Assembly: GCF_021869535.1 (NCBI RefSeq)
Contig: NW_026262581.1
Span: 95,976,001-96,040,000 of the forward strand
DNA length: 64,000 nt
Origin: Mytilus californianus
Taxonomy: Eukaryota
Direction: 5' to 3'
The translations under genes were made by a program, and so were the position numbers. This document shows positions 20,981 to 32,400 of the stretch, piece after piece. The stretch's first letter is position 1; every line of letters begins with the position of its first letter. A model generated the notes under the pieces. That model was given only the letters and a program-made list of their open reading frames with translations. It had not been told where the DNA came from and made no database searches.

Positions 20981-22059
20981 TGCATGCTAGATGTGGAGTC
21001 TGTTCTGTATCTCATTTGGTTGTTTTGCTGTCTAGTATAATTTGGTTGAAAATTTTGCTGTCTTATATTATCTGGTTGGTTATTCTGCTGTCTGTAATAA
21101 TCTCTTTCATTTTCAATTTGAAAATTTTGCTGTCTTGCATTATCTGGTTGGATATTCTGCTGTCTTGTATTTCCTGATTGAAAATTTTGCTGTCTTGTAT
21201 TATCTGGTTGGTTATTCTGCTGTCTGTAATAATCTCTTTCATTTTCAATTTCCCTTATTTTCTCTCTCAATTTAAATACTTCTTGTTGGTCATCACCGTT
21301 ATTATGGCTGATTGGTCTGTTGAAACTGGTGTCACTGAATGATGTAATTTGTGGTATATTAGCCGTCTTTGTCTGATCATGAAATGGATTAGATGCATAA
21401 GATGTGCTTATTCCTCCCGTGGAAAAGGACCATGTACTTGGTACACCTTGTACTTTTGCATAAGTGTTTGAAGCGCTACTGTTTTGAACAAATGTGCTTG
21501 TTGCACTTTGGGTATATGAACCAATGCTCTGTGCACTTTGGTTATATGGACCAGTGCTCAGTGCACTTTGTGTATATGGACCAGTGTTCAGTGCACTTTG
21601 GGTATAAGGACCAGTACTCAGTGCACTTTGGATATAATGACCAGTGCTCAGTGCACTTTGGGTATAATGACCAGTGCTCAATGCACTTTGTGATGAAATA
21701 CATGTGCTAGGTGCACCTTGAGTTTGAATATATGTGCTTGGTGCACTCTGATGTTGTACAGTTGTGCTCAGTGCACTCTGTACAGGAACATTAATGCTCT
21801 GTGCACTGTCTCTTATCATTGACACCCCCGGTTCATTTAATGAATTATTACTGGTTAAAGCAGGCAAGGTAAGTTGACTTGAAGAACCATGTAAACTTGG
21901 CATATTTGATAACCCACTATTTGAAACAAATTGTGTCTCATTTTCTCTTGTTAAGTCAGAAAAATTGGAATTAACACTATATAAGGGAGCTCTTGGGAAC
22001 CCTCCCCCTCTATTATTTAAAAACATTGGAAGTGGTAATTGTCTGTGTCTTAAATTCAT
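20944..22059 (-). CDS. Gag N-terminal low-complexity ORF (371 aa; S/T/Q/N-rich 10-aa repeats)
   Basis: ATG-started ORF after the 5' leader, with 12 x 10-aa QSALSTGxYT-type repeats and RQQNxQPDN repeats. It overlaps the capsid frame by about 70 nt. Confidence 0.8.
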   Translation of the reverse strand: MNLRHRQLPLPMFLNNRGGGFPRAPLYSVNSNFSDLTRENETQFVSNSGLSNMPSLHGSSSQLTLPALTSNNSLNEPGVSMIRDSAQSINVPVQSALSTTVQHQSAPSTYIQTQGAPSTCISSQSALSTGHYTQSALSTGHYIQSALSTGPYTQSALNTGPYTQSALSTGPYNQSAQSIGSYTQSATSTFVQNSSASNTYAKVQGVPSTWSFSTGGISTSYASNPFHDQTKTANIPQITSFSDTSFNRPISHNNGDDQQEVFKLREKIREIENERDYYRQQNNQPDNTRQQNFQSGNTRQQNIQPDNARQQNFQIENERDYYRQQNNQPDNIRQQNFQPNYTRQQNNQMRYRTDSTSSMQDSYHSRLQWKK

Positions 22060-22124
22060 ATTTAATATACCAGACTGAATTAATACTTAATTTCAGTTAC
22101 CTTTAATGTTATTAAAATATTTTT

Positions 22125-22765
22125 AGAAAAATACACTTTGTGTTTCAGTAACTCTTAGTGTTCAATTATTTTATATGGAATTATACACCTTGAGTTTCAA
22201 TAACTCTTGGTGTTCTATAGTTTATAAGGAAAAAATACACCTTGAATTTCAATAACTCTTGGTGCTCAATAATTTATAAGGAAAAAATACACCTTGAATT
22301 TCAATAACTCTTGGTGTTCAATAATTTATATTGAAAAATACACCTTGAATTTCAATAACTCTTGGTGCTCAATAATTTATAAGGAAAAAATACACCTTGA
22401 ATTTCAATAACTCTTGGTGCTCAATAGTTTATAAGGAAAAAATACACCTTGAATTTCAATAACTCTTGGTGTTCAATAATTTATATGGAAAAATACACCT
22501 TGAATTTCAATAATTCTTGTTCAATATTTTATATGGAAAAATACACCTTGAATTTCAATAACTCTTGTTGTTCAATATTTTATATGGAAAAATACACCTT
22601 GAATTTCAATAACTCTTGGTGTTCAATAATTTATATGGAAAAATGCACCTTGAATTTCAATAATTCTTGGTGTTCAATATTTTATATGGAAAAATACACC
22701 TTGAATTTCAATAACTCTTGGTGTTCAATAATTTTATATGTAAACCACACTTTGAGTTTCAATAT
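22125..22765. repeat. ~51-bp tandem array (~12 units) in the Gypsy 5' leader
   Basis: Unit approximately AAAAATACACCTTGAATTTCAATAACTCTTGGTGTTCAATAATTTATATGG. Confidence 0.9.
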
Positions 22766-22848
22766 AAGCTGATTTGTATGTTGTTTTTTTTTTTTTATGT
22801 ATTACTTTTTTCCTTCCTTTTTTTTTTTTTTTTTTAAATGATGTTTTT

Positions 22849-22861
22849 ACCGCTGCCACCA
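22849..22861 (-). other. Primer-binding site complementary to the tRNA-Leu 3' end
   Basis: TGGTGGCAGCGGT, 2 nt inside the 5' LTR, is complementary to ...ACCGCTGCCA-CCA of eukaryotic tRNA-Leu(AAG/TAG) types. Confidence 0.8.
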
Positions 22862-22863
22862 AT

Positions 22864-23497
22864 TGAAGCGCCAACCGTTATTGTAAATGGTTTGGCAGAT
22901 ATTATACAAATATCAATTAAAGTCAAAGTAATAAAACTGTTTTGAAGTCCAAACTTTGGATAATCAAGAAATAAGATTTGTTTAAATAAATAAAAGCAGC
23001 TTTATTAAAAGCTAATATCATTAACAATAGTTATTAATAAATCAATTAAATAGAATTGCAGTGTGTGCCAAAATACCTGAATAAATAATTCTGGGTCACT
23101 GTCTGAAACTCAGCTGTTCGCCAGCGGCTATAATTTGAAACTGACTATACTTTTCTCTAAACGTTTGAAAGATCAAGTTAGTCAATACACCTAAAAATAG
23201 TACGCTTGTACACAATTGTGAAAGTAAACCAAAATGCCTTTAACTTGACAAGTATGATTTTGGATAATTCTAACATTATAAAAGGATAACTATGGATAAA
23301 ATAGGATGCATTAATAACTTCTGAATAAGGTAATTATGTTGTAACTATAGAAAATCATTCCGCATAACAAGCAAGTGTACAAAAGTGAAAATATGTATGA
23401 CCTAGTTTCGCGGAAAATATACACCGGGAAATACAAATGAAAAGCAATGAATGAAGGTTATTATTAAAAGAATACTGTAAATAATCGTGGCACAACA
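22864..23497 (-). repeat. 5' LTR (634 bp)
   Basis: TG...CA termini, near-identical to 14465-15099. Confidence 0.95.
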
Positions 23498-23502
23498 TTA
23501 GA

Positions 23503-23662
23503 CCACATTCATTCTGTGTCAGAAACCTGTGCTGTGTCAAATATTTAATCACAATCCAAATTCAGTGCTGTATCAAGCTTGAATGTTGTGTCCATATATA
23601 TACTTGCCCCAACTGTTCAGGGTTCGACCTCTGCGGTCGTATCAAGCTGCGCCCAGCGGAGC
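23503..23662 (+). mobile_element. 3' end of the HINE interrupted by Gypsy
   Basis: 3' subTIR TGCGGTCGTAT (23632-23642), terminal hairpin and T-run. Collinear with about 62520-62676. Confidence 0.8.
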
Positions 23663-26635
23663 ATTTTATTATCATTACCAATAATGTTACTGGAAGTTCA
23701 TTTGTCAGGTTGGTATTGGGATGTGAGTCATATTTCTCTTGATACTATTGGCAATGCACAAAAAGGGTATTTAATGAATAATTCTGCTAAAAAAAACAAT
23801 CTGGAAATATTAAACATGAGATTTATATGTTATTTTCAACCAACCATCCAAATGCAGTAAAACTACTCAAATGGAATGCATTCATATCAAAAAAGAAAAC
23901 CACTTCAAAAGTATGTTAAGTGGACTTTTTGACATTAATTCTAAATGATGGCAATAGCCTACAAGACCTTTGACCAAGGGAGATAATAACAAAAAACACA
24001 CAACAATTTCTAATAGCAAACACATAAACTTTCAGACATTTTAGTGGTGAAATTGCCATTAACAATCAATTTTTCTCTGAATTTCGAAGGAAAATATATC
24101 TTAAGGATATAAACAGTGACATTCTGTTGTTTGATAAGTAAATATGTTTTTCTTTTTATTTCAGGTTCTAACATTCCACATTAAAGGTGTCATTCCATGC
24201 TTATCTTCCAAGACATAGTAGTGATAAATACATTCTATGTTTATATTCCAGGAAGTTATACATGCTTTTATTTTGTAGTGTAGGTTTAGGGTAGTAAATT
24301 AAACATATGCTTGCACACAGAGATTTATTGTTATTACAATGTAACGGTGCATTGGATTTAAAATTTTGAAATTTGTTTATTATGATAATTTTGTTCCTAT
24401 TAAATATGCATTAATTTCATCTGTATGCACATTTGGCAAGGTCAGCATCTAGGCCAAAAATTGAGTGTGTGTATACTTGCATGACATCATATACAACTTC
24501 CTGTTTTTTTAGGTTTAATTTTTGTGTGATGTATAATCTTCATCTGTGAATTTTGGTTACTTGATGGGATGTGCATTCTATGTCCTTTAAACAAAACAAA
24601 AAGTTAGATAACCAGGAGGCGATTTCATTAACTTTTAAAACGTTATTCGGTTAATTCTAATGTAAGTAATTTTCCATATAACAGCCATAAAATTATGTAG
24701 GATTGATTTGTTTTGTTTAGTTTTTCTACGCATATTTAAGAATTTTAAGAAAGAACCAATTTTCATGACTATGTCAAATGTTGTTTAATGTATATTTTAC
24801 CAGAGACATTTAATTCAATGTATTTTACATAAAATTAGAGATTAATGGGTAACTGTATTATTCTTTTCTGATCTATATACTATTTACCCATGTCAATTTG
24901 TAATACATGATTTCAAAAATGAAATGTATTTATTTTACAATTATTAATATGATATTCATATGTCATGAATTAATAATAATTTTGCTTGTTATACATTGTA
25001 AATACTACAAATTTATTAAAAAAAATAATTTTAATTCACTTATTAATCTTATTGGAGAATTGAAGAGATGAATTAGTTTGGATAGTTGGCAACTTTTGAA
25101 TGTTTGTTAGTACAATTTATCCTATAAGAAGTCAGTTCATGGTTTCAGTAATTTAGGTATTTTTTTAAATCTTGTATTGCTTTTTATTTATTCTGTAAAC
25201 AGTTTCTGCCTTTTAATAATAGTTTTCACAAAATAAACAAAAATGCTAAAATTGTTAAAACATGTTTGTTGATGAACCACAATATAATGAACTGACTCTT
25301 ATGATCAATCATGTAAAAGTTTGAAGTATTGTAATAGTGTCACCTAGTGAATGCAACTCCTCTAAGACCATTTGACAGAGAGCTATCATACACAAGGCAC
25401 TGAATATAACATCTACATTCTGACTGGATGTGCATATTAATACATCCCGCACAGCCAAACAAACATTTCTTTTTATGATAGGTTTTAATGCCAGAATTCC
25501 AGGGATGACCATATTTCTACACCTCAGTCAAGCTTTGGGGTCACTCACTTGAACGTATATGAAATATAGGATTTTCATAACAACCAAAGTAATAACATAT
25601 GGTAAATACCTTCTTGCCCATATTTTTCCATAGTTTGATTTAGTTTCCTTCATCTGTTCTTAAAAAGAAATCAAAACTTAATTTCTCCTTCTCATAGCAC
25701 TTCATTGTAAACTATAACCCTGATGGCGGCTTTTTGAATTTGGAAGTAACAACACTTGTAACAGACCTTCATAGAGTATTCAGTAAATATACATATATTA
25801 AAAAAACATCTTGCCTCATAACTGTGTTTCTGCATGGGTTGTTTTCACTGCATCCATTTTCGAAAATAACAAATGAAGTACCCAAATGGTTTCAATGTAA
25901 ACTTTGACCTCTACTGGAAACCAAATTCAACTTTGATTTGAATTTCAATGATGATGGCAGATCTTGATTTGTTCCTGTTAAATTCATTCACTTTTTAAGA
26001 CTAGGGGATTAAAAGCTTGACCTATTAATTAGACACCAGTCTATTGTTTGACTTATTTGTTGCCCTCCAGAAATATTTCGGTTATTTTTGATGTTAGGTT
26101 CCTGTTTCATTGACATATATCCAACATCTCCTTTTACCGGTAATTATATCACCATATATAACACCAGTTAAAGATGGCAATTCTTATTACATTAAGGCAT
26201 GATCAAATAGCAGACTAGTAGATGTCACTAATCCAACTTCAAGATATTACTCAGCATTCATCTTTTTTTAACGTATGAGCAAACACAAATACCACAAGGT
26301 GAGTTATAAAATGTACTTGAAAACAAAACAAAAGACAATCCAAAAGAAACAGCTCCATTTCAATGATCAAGATAATTTGGGGAACATTTGAGATAAAAAT
26401 AAAAAAATAATTTATCCCTGTCAAATTTTAATATACCTGTCCCAAGATGGCAGCATTGTCAGTGGTTGTCAATTATAATTATCGTTTTTTGCTATTTAGA
26501 ATATTCGGTTTTGATAATAATCTCTGTAAAATTTATTTGCAACTTTAAGACTCCCTGCAATTGCAAGCTTGACACATTGTATAGACACTTGCCTAATGGT
26601 GAAGATTGTATGTTGATCTTAAGATATGTTTTGGC

Positions 26636-27993
26636 TTTGTTTGTTGTGGCATTGAGGTATTTGTTTCTTGTGGCATTGAGTAACAGTCTCATTGAGGTGT
26701 TTGTTTGTTGTGGCATGCAGTTACTTTCTCATTGAGGTGTTTGTTGTCTTTGAGTTACTCTCTCATTGAGGTGTTTGTTTGTTGTGGCATTCAGTTACTT
26801 TCTCATTGAGGTGTTTGTTGTGTCATTTAGTTACTCTCTCATTGAGATGTTTGTTTGTTGTGGCATTCAGTTACTTTCTCATTGAGGTGTTTGTTGTGTC
26901 ATTTAGTTACTCTCTCATTGAGGTGTTTGTTTGTTGGTTGTGGCATTAAGTTACTGTCCCATTGAGGTGTTTTTTTGTTGTGGCATTTAGTTAATGTCTC
27001 ATTGGGGTGTTTTATTTGTTGTGGCATTTAGTTACTGTCTCATTGAGGTGTTTGTTTTGTTGTGGCATTTAGTTACTGTCTCATTGAGGTGTTTGTATGT
27101 TGTGGCATTTACTGTCTCATTGAGGTGTTTGTTTTGATGTGGCATTTACTGTCTCATTGAGGTGTTTGTTTTGATGTGGCATTTAGTTACCGTCTCATTC
27201 AGGTGTTTGTTTTGTTGTAGCATTTAGTTACGGTCTCATTGAGGTGTTTGTTGTGGCATTTAGTTACTGTCTCATTGAGTTGTTTGTTTTGTTGTGGCAT
27301 TTAGTTACTGTCTCATTGAGTTGTTTGTTTTGTTGTGGCATTTAGTTACTGTCTCATTGAGGTGTTTGATTGTTGTGGCATTTAGTTACTGTCTCATCGA
27401 GGTGTTTGTTTTGTTGTGGCATTTAGTTACTGTCTCATTGAGGTGTTTGTTGTGGCATTGAGTTACTGTCTCATTCAGGTGTTTGTTTGCTGTGGCATTT
27501 AGTTAGTCTCATTGAGGTGTTTGTTTGTTGTGGCATTTAGTTACTGTCTCATTGAGGTGTTTGTTTTGTTGTAGCATTTAGTTACGGTCTCATTGAGGTG
27601 TTTGTTGTGGCATTTAGTTACTGTCTCATTGAGTTGTTTGTTTTGTTGTGGCATTTAGTTACTGTCTCATTGAGGTGTTTGATTGTTGTGGCATTTAGTT
27701 ACTGTCTCATTGAGGTGTTTGTTTTGTTGTGGCATTTAGTTACTGTCTCATTCAGGTGTTTGTTTGTTGTGGCATTTAGTTACTGTCTCATTCAGGTGTT
27801 TGTTTGTTGTGGCATTTAGTGACAGTCTCATTCAGGTGTTTGTTTGTTGTGGCATTTAGTTACGGTCTCATTCAGGTGTTTGTTTGTTGTGGCATTTAGT
27901 TACTGTCTCATTGAGGTGTTTGTTTGTTGTGGCATGGAGTAACAGTCTCATTGAGGTGTTAGTTGTGGCATTGAGTTACTGTCTCATTGAGGT
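26636..27993. repeat. ~40-bp GT-rich minisatellite (~35 units)
   Basis: Unit ATTGAGGTGTTTGTTTGTTGTGGCATTTAGTTACTGTCTC with length variants of about 35-41 bp. Confidence 0.95.
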
Positions 27994-28789
27994 ATCCCCA
28001 GTATCCTTCAATATTTAAATCTAAAGGGCCATTGAAAATTCTAAAATTAGAGCATTTTATTACAAAAAAGGTTAAAGCAAGTTATATCATTTATATTTAA
28101 TATCAAAAGAATGTTCAATTTTCCAAAATTTAGTCATTCAATAAAAAAAAAAGCAACATCGTGCAAAGTATAACCCTACCCAAAACATTGACAAAAATTC
28201 CAGACTTGTAAGGGTATAATATAAATTCAAAGTAAAGTCAAACCAAGATGAATGCCCAACAGATCTTAAATTTGCTCACACCAAACAACTCAACATTTTA
28301 TCAAAATCCTTAATGCAACAGCTGATAAATATGTGGGTTTTATAAGAATTCATCCTGGGAGATTATACAAATAAAGTTTAACAATATGTTTCAAATTTTC
28401 TAACATGTAATAATTTTTTTTAGATACAGTGAATCTTTTTTTCAGACTTTAAAGGACATGTCAAATCATTCTCATTTTGTTTAACTGATAAGACTTAGTA
28501 AAACAAGAATATATATCCATAGTACACCATTGCTCTGCTCCCACTATCGCATGTCCATGGTCAGTGAACTACAATATCTTGATCAAAACCCTATTTTGAT
28601 ATATTTGTTGAAGAGTTTACATCATAATAAACACCTGTACTAAGTTTAAAGTTGATGTGACCAAAATTTGATAATAAACTACTTTAACTAAAAACTAGTT
28701 GGATTGACTAACAGATAGAGGGAATAAAGATTGACACACAGACCAGATAACATAATGCCCTGTACTATTATAAACAATTCTCATTTTGC

Positions 28790-29272
28790 TTAACTGAGAG
28801 GACACGTCAAATTAAACTCATGTTGTTGAACAGAAAAGACATACCAAATTACACTCATGCTAATGAACAGAAATAAGTCATGTAAAACAACATTCTTGTT
28901 GCTGAAAAGAAAGGTCATGTCAAATTAAGCTCATGTTGCTGAACAGAAAGCTTATGTAAAATAATATCCTTGTTGCAGATCAGAAAGGACATGTCAAATT
29001 ACACTCATGTAGCTGAACAAACAGAAAGAACATGTCAAATTACACTCAAGTTGCTGAACAGAAAGGACATGTCAAATTGCACTCATGCAGCTGAACATAA
29101 ACAAAACGTCAAATAACATTCATGTTGTTGATGGTACACTCATTTTGCTAAACAGAAAGAGCAAGTTTAATCACATCATGTTGTAGAATAGAAAGAACAC
29201 ATCAAATTACACTGATGTTGCTGAACAGAAAGAACATGTCAAATTAAACTCATGTTGTTGAACAGAAAGAAC
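28790..29272. repeat. 37-bp degenerate tandem array (~13 units) downstream of the Hakai stop
   Basis: Unit GAACAGAAAGGACATGTCAAATTACACTCATGTTGCT. Confidence 0.85.
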
Positions 29273-29476
29273 TTCCTCGTTCTTAAAGTAAATTTGTTAA
29301 TAATTGAGACTATACTTAAAACAAATCAATGATTTCACTAAACTTTTCGTTCATTTAAAATGATAAATAAGCTGTAATTTCCAATCTTTTGGTACTTTTT
29401 GAACATTTTTATACTGAAGAACAGATATACAAAAAACAAATATATATAAACAAAAAATACTTCACAAACTAACATC

Positions 29477-32400
29477 TTAAAAGTATCTGTAAGAATCAGA
29501 CTGTGGTCTTTGTTGTTGAGGACCTAATGGTCCAGCACCTTGCGACTGAGGTGGTGGTCCAGGCCATGGTCCTCGTGTACCATGCCCAGATTGCTGTCCA
29601 AACTGAGGCTTTGAAGTACTATCATCAAAATGTCCATGAGGAGATGAAAATCTTTGGGGAGGAGCAGCACTTCCTGCCATTGATATATGTTGTGGCGGTG
29701 GACCACCAGGATGCATAATTGGTGGTGGCTGCGACATAGATAGATTAAGTCCAGATGTTGTCATTATGGTTGGAGGGGATGAAAATCTTGATAATGGCCC
29801 AAGATTTAACGGAGGAGCAGTGTATGAGCAAGGAGGTCCTTGATGCATGGCAGTTGACTGGGAAAACATTGGTGGTGGCATGCCAGGAGGTGGCAATGAT
29901 GTTTGAAATGTCACAGCTGGCATGCCCATTGGTGCATTCAGATAGTTCTGCCTTCTATAGTCTGTGTCCTCATGTATAGGTATAGAAATTAGGTTACTTC
30001 GTCCTTGTTGCATCATTGCTATATTAGCCTGATAACCTTCGATCTGTGATTGTGTAGGTGGCTGTTGTAAAGGCTGTGAAATTAGAGGAGGTTGATGGAT
30101 ACCTCCCATTGTTTGTGGCAGAGTAGGAGGAGGGAGATGTGTAGGTACTACTAGGGGCTGGCTCTGGCCTCTAACTTCCTCGGACCTACGTGGGTATGAC
30201 TCTCCTTGAAGAGGGGGTCTAGAGCTAGCATCTCCATCATTTCTGACTGATGAATACATTTCATGCTGAGATGAAGTTTTAACTGATGATTTCACAGATT
30301 CTTTAGGTGTAGATGATTTTGCATTTTCTGCAGCTTCCTTCAAATGACGATGGTTTACATGAGCCTGTAAGTCTCGCTGTGATAGGTAAGTTCTACGACA
30401 TCCTGCTGCTCCATGTTTGGCTCCTCCATAACTACAGACATACACAGTCCCTAAGGCTGACTGTTCAATTCTTTGGACTGGTTCATCACATCTGTAATTA
30501 ATGAAGCAATTTAAAACATTTGTTAATAATTCAGCATCTTTTGCCTAATAGTATATTTACATTTTTCAGCTCAACTCTTTATTTGATTTTTCTGTCAGTG
30601 TGACTGTACCTGAATAACCTGGGAACACTTGTTTCATTTCGATGTGCAAATACATTGTCGAATCACATATTTAGTAACTGTTACCAAGGTAATAAACATT
30701 ACTTTTGAGTTAGACACACATTTTAACTGGTTTACCTGAGATCACACATTAATTTGCATGGGGGAAATAACCTAAAAAAAATTGCATGTGAATTAGCCTC
30801 AATAGCAGAATTCTCTCTAAACATGAGGTTTTTCATGAAAAACCTCTAATTTTCAAAAGCTAACAAAATTTGATGCCTTTATTTTAAGGAGAGTGATCAC
30901 ATGTTTTTAGACAAAATCTGGGCTACAGGAAAACACAAGGGTTAAAACTTGAAGCATTCCAAAAATTGTGTATCCATTTTTTATGAATGCTTAATATGGT
31001 TTATTTTAATTTATTTAAATATCTCACTGTATAAAGACTTGTTCAAAGGTTAAACTTAACATTTCAAAAATCCCTTTTTAACCTGAGAAATGCTTATGGG
31101 TATAAACAAAACATTATACAATGGGATATTTTAAATAAAAGAAGAATGTGTCTGAGGACACGAATGCCCCTGCTCAAGCTTTGCAATTTTCCAAAGTTAA
31201 AAAAGGCCATAACTCTTGAACGGTAAATGACTCACAACCAGAATTTGAACTCTGTCTGCATGTTGTGGTTCTCAGCATTGTGTATGAGTTTCATACAATT
31301 TGCATGAGGCAAACTAAATGGGACGGACAGATGGAAAGATAGACGGACAAGGGTAACACTTAATGCCCCCATTGCCGATGGCGGGGGCCTAATTAAAATA
31401 AATGGAGAATGTGGCTATGGGACACAGATGATGTCCCCACTTACATATAATGTTATAAAGGGGCATAAAAGTGATGCCACCCAAATTTTATCTTGATCTG
31501 TGTTTTGTGGTAATAAGCATTGAGTACAAGTTTCATGACATTTGGTTGAGGCAGCCAAAAGTTAGAGAACGGAAACCAATTTTGGGACATACCCACGGAC
31601 GTATGGACAAGGGTAACACTTAATGTCCCCACCGTCATAAAAATAATGCATTTGTTTTTGATGTATCAACCAATCTGTTTCCTAGTTGGTAGTGAAAAAC
31701 GTCAAAAATCAATGTTTTACGGCCTAATAATCTATGATGTTACGGTTTATTTCAACGTTTTATGGTCTTTTTTCACCTATGACACCACTTTGAATGATGT
31801 TTACCGCTAAAACAAAGTCAGTGACCCTATAATTATTTTACATCATTAAATTGGAAATTTATGTACCAACAACACATGGTTTTTTTATAGAAAAATTTAT
31901 GAATTTTAAATTGGAGATTTGATGCTTTTAAGACAAATTTAAGAACATTTTTCTCTGATTTTATGTGCTTTCTATACAAATGTTCACCTATTTTAAAAGA
32001 ATTCAATCAGTCATAATTCAGATAAATGGGGAATGTGTCCATAGCACACAGATGATGCCCCCGCTTGTATATCATATAAAGTTATAAAGGGACAAAACCG
32101 AAGAACGTTAAAAGTGACTCTAAAATGGTTAAAGTAACGCCACCAAAATTCAAACTTGATCTGTGTTTTGTGGTAATAAGCATTGTGTATAAGTTTCATA
32201 ACATTTGGTTGAGGCAAACTAAAGTTAGAGAATGGAAATCAACTTTAGGAGGAAGGACAGACGTACTTACAGACGGACAAGGGTAAAACTTAATGCCCCC
32301 TCCGCCACGGAGTGGCCATAAAAAAAAATGTTTATTTTTTTCACCTGTTTTACCTGCTCAAGTTCATTTTGGCATTTTAATACAGAGAACTTATGACAAT

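Larger units (their letters stand above)
14465..23497 (-). mobile_element. Full-length Ty3/Gypsy LTR retrotransposon (9,033 bp)
   Basis: TG...CA LTRs, TTAGA TSD (14460-14464 and 23498-23502), PBS and PPT. Order is gag, PR-RT-RH-INT pol, then an extra ORF. Confidence 0.97.

Noticed and set aside
18247-21710. Plus-strand ORFs antisense to gag/pol
   Set aside because: They are short shadow ORFs of the coding strand and its repeats.
22449-22772. Repetitive ORF (and similar ones at 27598-27819, 13135-14527, 52504-54489 and 61591-62738)
   Set aside because: These are read-throughs of tandem arrays or HINE cores, most with non-ATG starts and no domain signal.
26636-27993. CRISPR-like appearance of regular ~40-bp repeats; likewise 22125-22765 and 28790-29272
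   Set aside because: There are no unique spacers, the units are head-to-tail, there are no cas genes and the context is eukaryotic.
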